Assembly (NCBI GenBank): GCA_049517415.1
Contig: JBEKSC010000043.1
Location: forward strand, 1 to 13,931
Source of the DNA: Candidatus Bathyarchaeia archaeon
GTDB lineage: Archaea > Thermoproteota > Bathyarchaeia > 40CM-2-53-6
DNA length: 13,931 nt
Reading direction: 5' to 3'
Both the position numbers and the translations under genes were made by a program. The notes under the pieces are model-generated. The model was not told where the DNA came from. It searched no databases and worked only from the letters and a program-made list of their open reading frames with translations. Of this stretch, positions 1 to 6,437 are shown in pieces (the stretch's first letter is position 1; each line of letters opens with the position of its first letter).

Positions 1-568
1 CCACGAGATTCACGGGTAACGAGTTTGACGCTGCACCATTCGCAGGCGTCGGAGGAGAAACAGGATTAACCGAGAGTAATGATGAGGCTGTCGGAGTACT
101 AGTCGTAACCACTACAGTCGAAGATATGCTCGTAGCGCTTGAAATTGAACTAGAGGTAGAACTTGTTGCAGTTATGCTGGTCGATGACGAAGCGGTGGTT
201 GTTGTACTTGGTGGAGTGGTCGAAGTATTGCGACTGAACGCCCAAATGGGCGAAGTAGCCGTCTCATCGGACTTCGAAGCAGTAGCGTACCAACGGTACG
301 TGTGGCCAATTAAGGTCGGCGTGTACGTGCACACATATTTGCCATTTGCGTCGGTGACTCCTAAACAGCCTGGGGCTCGTCCTCCGTCCACATATACCGT
401 TACAATCGCACCTTGTACGGCCGCGCTATTCTGAGTTACTTGAACCACGAGATTCACGGGTAACGAGTTTGACGCTGCACCATTCGCAGGCGTCGGAGGA
501 GAAACAGGATTAACCGAGAGTAATGATGAGGCTGTCGGAGTACTAGTCGTAACCACTACAGTCGAAGA
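1..568. repeat. Exact 124-bp direct repeat (1-124 = 445-568), period 444 bp (148 codons), inside the surface-protein gene
   Basis: Base-by-base comparison: ccacgagattcacggg...actacagtcgaaga is identical at 1-124 and 445-568. The left copy is cut by the window edge. Confidence 0.97.
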
Positions 569-2656
569 GGATGTTGAAGTGCTCACCGTACTTGTGGAAG
601 ATTTCATGCTTGAGGTTGAGTGGGTGACGGATGAGGTTGAAGCACTTGAGACCGTGGCGGTCGAGTTGGTTGAGTTAGTTATCGTCGTAACGCGAGAAGT
701 TGTAACCACTGCGGTCGATGATGTGCTCGTAGCAGTTGAAATTGAAGTATGGGTGGAAGTTGTTGCGGTCGTCGAATTAGAGGGTAAGGTGAAGAAGCGG
801 GCAGTCTCTGTGATTGGGCCGTTGATAATTAACTTAGACGCATTGTTAGTTCCAGTGTACGATCCTGAACCCAGACCTGCCCAACTTGAAAACGCGTGTC
901 CGGTGCTCGCCGTTGCCTGGATAGCGACCGCGGAGCCGGCGTCCTGCCAACCAGAAGTTGGCGTAGTGGCTCCCACTGCCGTTGGGTTCGAGTTCATGTT
1001 GAGGAAAAATTGCTTCTTGAAATTGGCAGTAACCGTTACAGATTTGCTCGGAGCGTAGATGACGTGGGTCTGATTTCCACTATCACTCCAAGATACCCAA
1101 ACATACTGACAATTAGCACATTGTACGGCCGATGAGGCAGCGATCGTGTGGTTGGACCCGGCAATCCATGTGTAGGCGTGAGGGGACGAGACTGGCATGC
1201 CATCAACAGTCACATACCCCACACCTGTCGGGTTTGATGCGACAGTGACCTGAACGTACGCGTTGTTGTCGACGGTTAACGGCCCTGCGACTGATTGGGG
1301 TGACAGGAAATTGAAATTATCCTGCGCGACCGCCTTAAACCAGATTTTCTGTAAGCCCTGGACATACTGGGTAGAATTCCAAACTGCACTTTTTTGACCA
1401 CCCGTAAGAGTTCCGATTGGTGTGAATGTTGTATTATCCGCTGAATACCACAGCATTACGGATTTGATTCCCCACTCGTCCGACGATGTTACGGTGAAGT
1501 GGATTATTCCTTGTTGCACTCCGGACGGGGCTTCAATCGTAGGTGTTTTCGGAATTAAGGCGCTGAGGTTTATCTTGTACGGGGTGTAGGAACCCTGCCA
1601 ACCTGGCGGCGGCATTCCAACCGAGCCTTGATTTAGTGTAGCCGATAGGTCGATTCCTGCAGCCTGGCTAAGGTAGTAGGCGACGATGGAGCTTTTGATA
1701 TAATGAAGACTCATCCAGTTGGCGCTTTCGTACTCTGAGTTCCATTGGTTTAGGTTGACGCCGTCTCTCATCATGGCAGCAAAACTGTTCTGGAAGAGCG
1801 CCCAACCATAGGTTCCTTGCAGTTTATCTCGGAACATTACGTATGCGGGGCTGTTGCTGTCTCCTGCATCGTGTTGAGACCAGTAGGGTATGTTGTATTG
1901 CTTTTCGACTTGGACTGCGACCATAGCTGGGAAGGGTGAATTACCGTCAGCCCACCAATCAGTGGGCCACCCTCCTGTTACGGTACCCGTGAAAACATTT
2001 GTCATTTCATGAGGAATAACCACGTAGGGCCAGTCTGGGATATCCTTGAACACCTGGTAGCCAATCGCCTCATTGCCTTCACAAGACCAAGCATAATAGC
2101 CGGGATTTGGGTCGACATAGATTGCCCTGCGCCCTCCGTCGAACTGGCCAGGCGGTAAGGTTAGGCCAAGCCATTGGGAGATTTGAGTGTATGATTGTTC
2201 TGGCCAATTTAGTAGAGGATCAATGTACTGTTTGTAATGAGCATACGTCCATCGGTCCGCGAACCAAATCCAATGAGTGGTTCTGTATATTTCGTGGGTT
2301 GGTAATGGCAGACTTGAGTTGTTATTGCGGAGCCCGCGCCACGTTTCATTCCTTCGATAATGATCGAGGCGGCCAGAGCTAGAGTAATTAATGAAATCGT
2401 TCGGCGTAGTTGTCCAATTCCCAGAGGTTGGGGTCGATAGTGCGGATGAGAGTGGCTGCATGCTTAGCTCGGTTATTATCTCGCCACCGATAAGACCAGA
2501 AAATGCCCAAGCCTGCGTCAGTTGTTTGAGGTCAGGATTCAACTCTTTAGAGAGAGCTTGCACGTTGCGATTTGCAGTCGCAGTATTTGAAAGCGGGATG
2601 GAGGTTATAATGAGCGAGCAGACGAGCAAGAAAGTGAAAATGATTCTATGCCGCAT
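1..2656 (-). CDS. Large secreted/cell-surface Ser/Thr-rich multidomain protein, 3'-partial (>=885 aa): signal peptide, gluzincin-like domain, Ig-like and InlB B-repeat-like domains, repeated S/T linker + beta-sandwich units
   Basis: Manual translation from ATG 2656 gives a stop-free frame to the window edge; the ORF track probably omits it because it has no stop. The N-terminus MRHRIIFTFLLVCSLIITSIPLSNTATA looks like a Sec signal peptide. Other segments: VIPHEMTNVFTGTVTGGWPTDWWADG (~1943-2020); Ig-like FTVTSSDEWGIKSVMLWY...WNSTQ...KAVAQDN...LTVDN (~1265-1550); B-repeat-like VTVASNPTGVGYVTVDG...WSDSG...TANF and SGWQDAGSAVAIQATASTGHAFSSWAG (~790-1260); S/T tracts (~520-790, ~75-225). Many N-x-S/T sequons. 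Confidence 0.9.
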   Translation of the reverse strand, partial: MRHRIIFTFLLVCSLIITSIPLSNTATANRNVQALSKELNPDLKQLTQAWAFSGLIGGEIITELSMQPLSSALSTPTSGNWTTTPNDFINYSSSGRLDHYRRNETWRGLRNNNSSLPLPTHEIYRTTHWIWFADRWTYAHYKQYIDPLLNWPEQSYTQISQWLGLTLPPGQFDGGRRAIYVDPNPGYYAWSCEGNEAIGYQVFKDIPDWPYVVIPHEMTNVFTGTVTGGWPTDWWADGNSPFPAMVAVQVEKQYNIPYWSQHDAGDSNSPAYVMFRDKLQGTYGWALFQNSFAAMMRDGVNLNQWNSEYESANWMSLHYIKSSIVAYYLSQAAGIDLSATLNQGSVGMPPPGWQGSYTPYKINLSALIPKTPTIEAPSGVQQGIIHFTVTSSDEWGIKSVMLWYSADNTTFTPIGTLTGGQKSAVWNSTQYVQGLQKIWFKAVAQDNFNFLSPQSVAGPLTVDNNAYVQVTVASNPTGVGYVTVDGMPVSSPHAYTWIAGSNHTIAASSAVQCANCQYVWVSWSDSGNQTHVIYAPSKSVTVTANFKKQFFLNMNSNPTAVGATTPTSGWQDAGSAVAIQATASTGHAFSSWAGLGSGSYTGTNNASKLIINGPITETARFFTLPSNSTTATTSTHTSISTATSTSSTAVVTTSRVTTITNSTNSTATVSSASTSSVTHSTSSMKSSTSTVSTSTSSSTVVVTTSTPTASSLLSVNPVSPPTPANGAASNSLPVNLVVQVTQNSAAVQGAIVTVYVDGGRAPGCLGVTDANGKYVCTYTPTLIGHTYRWYATASKSDETATSPIWAFSRNTSTTPPSTTTTASSSTSITATSSTSSSISSATSISSTVVVTTSTPTASSLLSVNPVSPPTPANGAASNSLPVNLV

Positions 2657-2658
2657 CG

Positions 2659-2688
2659 CGCTCAACCTTCAACAGCTCGGGTTGAGCG
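2659..2688. promoter_or_regulatory. 9-bp perfect inverted repeat immediately upstream of the surface-protein start codon
   Basis: CGCTCAACC (2659-2667), 12-nt spacer, GGTTGAGCG (2680-2688); it lies 2 nt from the ATG at 2656. Confidence 0.45.
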
Positions 2689-2732
2689 GAAATTTTCCAG
2701 TTAAGCAAAACGGAGTGCGCATGCGTATTCTT

Positions 2733-2755
2733 GTTACGTACTTGGATTACGTAAC
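2733..2755. promoter_or_regulatory. Operator-like inverted repeat GTTACGTA-N7-TACGTAAC
   Basis: Perfect 8-bp arms at 2733-2740 and 2748-2755, about 80-100 bp upstream of the surface-protein ATG. Confidence 0.4.
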
Positions 2756-2758
2756 GGT

Positions 2759-3016
2759 TCACCGCGGAAAATCAGTCGAACGCGTTATAGAAACCAGGAA
2801 AGATAGACGTAGGCCAGCTATTGCTAACATCACAATGTGTGAGTGAAACCAGTTTAGTGTGAATTGTGCGAGGAGCTTGAGCATTCCTTCATATTCAATG
2901 ACAAACGCCTTGCCTTCCTCAGTACTGTTGACGACGTTCACGTACTGGGTAAGGCTGCGGTCCTTCAACTCTTTGAGGAGCGAGCGAAACCTATTCGAAG
3001 CATGTGATGGGAGCAA
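2759..3016 (-). pseudogene. Truncated, diverged third copy of the winged-helix gene (C-terminal half only, stop codon lost)
   Basis: SNRFRSLLKELKDRSLTQYVNVVNSTEEGKAFVIEYEGMLKLLAQF aligns with SDRYRAHLQEMKARGLIQYVDSLNSTEEGRTFVIEYEKLLRILAHF. The N-terminal helices are absent (in-frame TAA near 3060). The paralogs' TAG aligns with TGG at 2849-2851. Confidence 0.7.
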
Positions 3017-3080
3017 GTTGGCGTATGTCGCAGAACGATAGAATTGTGAAGGTTTCCGTTAGGGCTTCAATTTCTAGCTA

Positions 3081-3386
3081 AAACTATTCAACATTGAAGT
3101 GTGCAAGGATCCTGAGCAATTTCTCGTATTCTATCACGAACGTTCTCCCTTCTTCGGTGCTGTTAAGGGAATCTACGTATTGGATTAGGCCGCGGGCTTT
3201 CATCTCTTGCAGATGCGCACGGTAACGGTCTGAGGGAAGGCCTACATGATTCTGAACTCGGGTAATCTTCGCCGCAACCTCCGTCCTTTCCTCATCCATT
3301 ATGGACCGAAGAATCTCGTACCAGAGACGCGCCCTATGCCTCGGCGAAGCCCGCCTAAGCCTCGGAACCACCTGAACTGTTCCAGG
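3081..3386. repeat. Direct repeat copy A (~306 bp, ~93% identical to 10354-10659)
   Basis: Ungapped alignment at offset 7273; about 22 mismatches by manual count. Confidence 0.95.
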
Positions 3387-3389
3387 CAT
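3084..3389 (-). CDS. Small archaeal winged-helix protein (HTH_45/COG3432-like), copy A
   Basis: The pattern R-x-R...YEIL...KITRVQNHVGL...YRAHLQEMKARGLI...TEEGRTFVIEY matches the small archaeal wHTH family. I chose ATG 3389 over the track's 3500 because similarity to copy B stops at about this point; the start is uncertain. Confidence 0.8.
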   Translation of the reverse strand: MPGTVQVVPRLRRASPRHRARLWYEILRSIMDEERTEVAAKITRVQNHVGLPSDRYRAHLQEMKARGLIQYVDSLNSTEEGRTFVIEYEKLLRILAHFNVE

Positions 3390-3419
3390 CGTGACTATCG
3401 TCGAAGGCGCTCGAACTGC

Positions 3420-3509
3420 TGTTACTTCGAGAGTCACAAAATAACACCATGTACGTGTTCGGCGCAACACATATATGAATCTTGTGATATTGTTAGTCAC
3501 AAAGTAACA
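3420..3509. promoter_or_regulatory. Divergent promoter region with repeated operator-like motifs and a TATA-like element
   Basis: AGTCACAAAATAACA (3432-3446) and AGTCACAAAGTAACA (3495-3509); TTGTGA-N9-TCACAA (3482-3502); TGTTA-N9-TAACA (3491-3509); ATATATGAA (3471-3479). Confidence 0.55.
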
Positions 3510-3523
3510 TTAGAGCGGTTAAT

Positions 3524-4213
3524 ATGCTAGAGGAACTGCAGGGTTTCGGTTTAACGCCTATTCAGGCTAAAGTGTACTATCATCTGCTCATGTTTGAAAG
3601 AGCATCGTCCACAAAGATCGCGAAGGAGATTGGCGTCCACCGCAGCGAAGTATACAGGGTTCTTAGAGAACTCGCTGAAAAGGGCGTTGCAAGGGAGCGA
3701 GACGAAGCTAGGCCGATTCAATACGAGGCAAAGCCTCCCAAAGAAGCACTTGAAATTCTACTTCAAGAACACGAGAAGAAGCTTGAGCACCTCAGAAAGA
3801 CGTTGCCAGAAACTGTCGCTTGGCTAGACTCGAAGGCCAACATAAAACGAATCAAACCTCCCATCCTACTCGTTGACGATGACGAGACAATTGGAAAGAG
3901 CCTATCGCTTGCGCTCAGAGATGAAGGCTACTTGGTGGACGTGGCGGGAAGTGGTGGGCAGGCGCTGGACAAAGCCCGTAGGAAACAGTACGCCCTAGCT
4001 TTAGTTGACGTACGCCTCCCCGACATGGACGGAATCAAACTTCTCAGCATGCTAAAGGCAGAGAACCCCGAGATCAAACAGATAATCATTACTGGTTATC
4101 CGTCAATAGAAAACGCTGCTCAAGCAATGGACGAAGGCGCAGCTGCGTATATCATGAAACCATTCCAGCCATCCGACCTCATAACCAAGATTAAAGAAAA
4201 ACTGGAAGAATAG
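3524..4213 (+). CDS. Response regulator: N-terminal TrmB-family HTH domain fused to a C-terminal receiver (REC) domain
   Basis: TrmB-like N-terminus (LQGFGLTPIQAKVYYHLL...IAKEIGVHRSEVYRVLRELAEKG...PIQYEAKPP) followed by a coiled coil. The REC domain has all key residues: LLVDDD, D162 (VDVRLPDMDG), T190 and K212-P. Confidence 0.92.
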   Translation: MLEELQGFGLTPIQAKVYYHLLMFERASSTKIAKEIGVHRSEVYRVLRELAEKGVARERDEARPIQYEAKPPKEALEILLQEHEKKLEHLRKTLPETVAWLDSKANIKRIKPPILLVDDDETIGKSLSLALRDEGYLVDVAGSGGQALDKARRKQYALALVDVRLPDMDGIKLLSMLKAENPEIKQIIITGYPSIENAAQAMDEGAAAYIMKPFQPSDLITKIKEKLEE

Positions 4214-4381
4214 ACCAGGGCGCTCAGTGAAAACCTAAGCCCGCCCGTCAGTCTTCAGAGACGCCTTCGGAATTCCATTTGTAAAGTTTGAACGTCTACT
4301 CTGAATCGATAGCTGAAATTAATGTTGTGTGGCAGTCGGGATTGTCCCCGCGTTACTTCGCTTGTGCGTGTGCCCCCGCCC

Positions 4382-5758
4382 TTAAGTGGCTAATCCTGTC
4401 GCATGCATAACGATGCCTTTTCCGGTGATCTCGAAGTACGAGGCATATTTGTCGTGGGGTGAGCCTCTGGTCTTGATAACCCTGATCTCCCTCGCCATTT
4501 CTTCGTTCAACGCATGATAGCGCATACTGAGAATATTGTCGCATAGGATCGAAACCCCGGGCAGTTCTCCGGCCTGGGTTGTTCCAGTCGACGACGTTAG
4601 GAAGACCGTCAATCCCTCAGCCTTGCAGAGAAGCTGCATATAACGCATGAAATCCACGAAAGCCTCTTGAGTGAATGTGGGCTGAATCGCAGTTAAGCTG
4701 TCTATTGCTAGAACCGTTGGCTTTTCGGCCTCAAGGATATCCCTAAACAACCTGTAGTAGTGGAGTGCAGTCAATGCTTCCGGCACATAAGATTTGATCT
4801 TGAACCGATCTCCCAGACGTTTGTAACCCATGCCATAGTTCTCAAGCATCCTCTCCATCTGACCCGTAGGTTCCTCGAACGACAGGAACATCGCATTTTC
4901 ACCCTTCCCGGCTGACGTGATGAGAAAGTGAATGCATAGTGTGGTCTTGCCTATTCCTGAAGCACCATCGACCAACGTCAAAGAACGCCTAAAGACGCCT
5001 CCGTTCAACATCTTATCCAAGCCTTCGATACCGCTCGACAAGCGATCTCTCGAAGAAGGAAACTCCGCCCTAACTGGGAACACGATGAGATTCAACCCCC
5101 CGAAACGTTCGTCGATAATGTACTCAAATGATGAACGAGGCAAGGAGACGCCTCTCATCTTTGCGACTTCTAACACGGACGAGTCCGCTAATCCGGATTT
5201 GACTTTCTTGAGGAAGATGACGCCGTCCGCAACGAACTCTTCCACGCCGAAACTTGTCTCAGACTTTCCGAAAGGTATCTCGCCCAGGAGTAGCGTGGTG
5301 ACACCCATTCTCTTCACGATGCTTCCAAAGAACCCACTAAGGAACTTCCGAGTGTCAGCTTGACCGAGGCTTTGAAGAAGAACGCTTATTGAATCAACCA
5401 CGATCCGTTTCGCTCCCGTCTTATCGATTTCCTCCATAATCATCTCCACTGCGTCCTTCATGCCCGTTTCATCCATGGCTATGAAGTCCATGTAGCGAAA
5501 GAGATCCCTCTGTTCAAGGGCTTTCATGTCCATGCCAAGAGTGAGCATGTTGCGGAGGTAGTCTTCTCGTTTCTCTGCGAAGGCTACATAGATCGCTTTT
5601 TCACCATGCTTGGCAGCGCTGCTGTAGAGGAATTGCGTAGCCAGAATCGTCTTTCCCGTGCCTGGATTGCCTGAAACGAGGATCATGCTTCCACTAGGAT
5701 AACCGCCCCCGAGAATATTGTCCAACTCAGCAATACCGGTTGAAGCGTAATCAGCCAA
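4382..5758 (-). CDS. Double-domain KaiC-like (KaiC/GvpD/RAD55 family) RecA-fold ATPase
   Basis: Two P-loops (GNPGTGKT, GASGIGKT), two Walker B motifs (IVVDS, LAIDS), two K-x-R-G arginine fingers (KMRG, KTRG), and STGIAELD/SSGIEGLD domain starts. TTG start 3 bp after the upstream gene's stop. Confidence 0.93.
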   Translation of the reverse strand: MADYASTGIAELDNILGGGYPSGSMILVSGNPGTGKTILATQFLYSSAAKHGEKAIYVAFAEKREDYLRNMLTLGMDMKALEQRDLFRYMDFIAMDETGMKDAVEMIMEEIDKTGAKRIVVDSISVLLQSLGQADTRKFLSGFFGSIVKRMGVTTLLLGEIPFGKSETSFGVEEFVADGVIFLKKVKSGLADSSVLEVAKMRGVSLPRSSFEYIIDERFGGLNLIVFPVRAEFPSSRDRLSSGIEGLDKMLNGGVFRRSLTLVDGASGIGKTTLCIHFLITSAGKGENAMFLSFEEPTGQMERMLENYGMGYKRLGDRFKIKSYVPEALTALHYYRLFRDILEAEKPTVLAIDSLTAIQPTFTQEAFVDFMRYMQLLCKAEGLTVFLTSSTGTTQAGELPGVSILCDNILSMRYHALNEEMAREIRVIKTRGSPHDKYASYFEITGKGIVMHATGLAT

Positions 5759-5761
5759 GCC

Positions 5762-6148
5762 TTATCCCCTACACCTGTCTTTTGATTGTTTTAGAAACAT
5801 TTTCTTTCCATTCTCAATACACTCAACCATCGAGTCATTTGGCTTCAATACCAAACTCAAAGCCAACTCCGCGTATAACTTTCGAACAGTTCTTCTAGCA
5901 AGAACTTCGCCACTCTGACCGAACAACTGTGTAAGTGCATTGAAAAACTCATGCAGATGCGCCGGGACCTCCTCCCTAGATAGCCCAAGAAAAGCATACA
6001 CGTGATAGGCGGGAAAGGTGGCTCTACCCAAGACTACCTCGATAGAGTCCTCAATCGATTTAACGAGTGCGATATTGAAACGCTGTTCCGAACCGGCCAG
6101 TTCGGTCTCACACTGACCTAAAGATCCTACCAGCCTGCGATAAATCAC
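5762..6148 (-). CDS. Small helical protein resembling DUF3227/NitrOD5 (archaeal signalling-associated)
   Basis: The pattern SIEDSIEVVLG...LSREEVPAHLHEFFNALTQLFGQSGEVLARRTVRKLYAELAL recalls this family. It is operonic with the KaiC-like gene. The start codon is uncertain and the family call is from memory. Confidence 0.7.
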   Translation of the reverse strand: MIYRRLVGSLGQCETELAGSEQRFNIALVKSIEDSIEVVLGRATFPAYHVYAFLGLSREEVPAHLHEFFNALTQLFGQSGEVLARRTVRKLYAELALSLVLKPNDSMVECIENGKKMFLKQSKDRCRG

Positions 6149-6399
6149 GCGTTTTACATTTTCATATATTTAGAGTTCATTACGGCTAGAATTGAGGTTG
6201 ACAGAGGGGCTTCAATCATGAGGGGCTACACCATCGCTGTTCAACGTCCAGGCATAAACGTCCTTTCCGATAGGCTGAGGCAGAGCGAAATCGACTCACA
6301 ATGGAATCGAGTGCGTGGTTATCGCCAACATGAAAGCAAAAGCTGCAGCAACTACGTTGCCCCCTCCGTATGTAAGCCATCTGCTTCATAACGAAGATC

Positions 6400-6413
6400 A
6401 AAGAAAACTGAAA
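6400..6413 (-). terminator. Possible archaeal oligo-T terminator after the histidine kinase gene
   Basis: The minus strand reads TTTCAGTTTTCTTT starting about 25 nt after the stop at 6438. Confidence 0.3.
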
Positions 6414-6437
6414 CAGTAGGCATGACTGAAGTAGGAT

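Noticed and set aside
1..568. CRISPR array or IS element explaining the repeats
   Set aside because: The repeats are long, in-frame and intragenic; there is no short repeat-spacer periodicity, transposase or terminal inverted repeat in the window.
126..1135. Plus-strand ORFs 126-434, 579-1058 and 896-1135 (the first two V/E-rich)
   Set aside because: Antisense shadows of the Ser/Thr-rich minus-strand gene.
2107..3041. Plus-strand ORFs 2107-2382, 2391-2846 and 2859-3041
   Set aside because: Antisense to the surface-protein gene or the wHTH relic, with no recognisable motifs.
3390..3500. N-terminal extension of wHTH copy A to ATG 3500
   Set aside because: Not shared with copy B, would leave only 23 bp between divergent genes, and covers promoter-like repeats.
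3246..3530. Duplicated plus-strand 94-aa ORFs (3246-3530 and 10519-10803)
   Set aside because: Their similarity comes from the wHTH duplication; the substitutions are mostly synonymous in the minus-strand frame.
4382..5758. Calling this a circadian clock gene kaiC
   Set aside because: No kaiA/kaiB in the window, the ST site is incomplete and there is no C-terminal tail; it fits the broader archaeal KaiC-like family.
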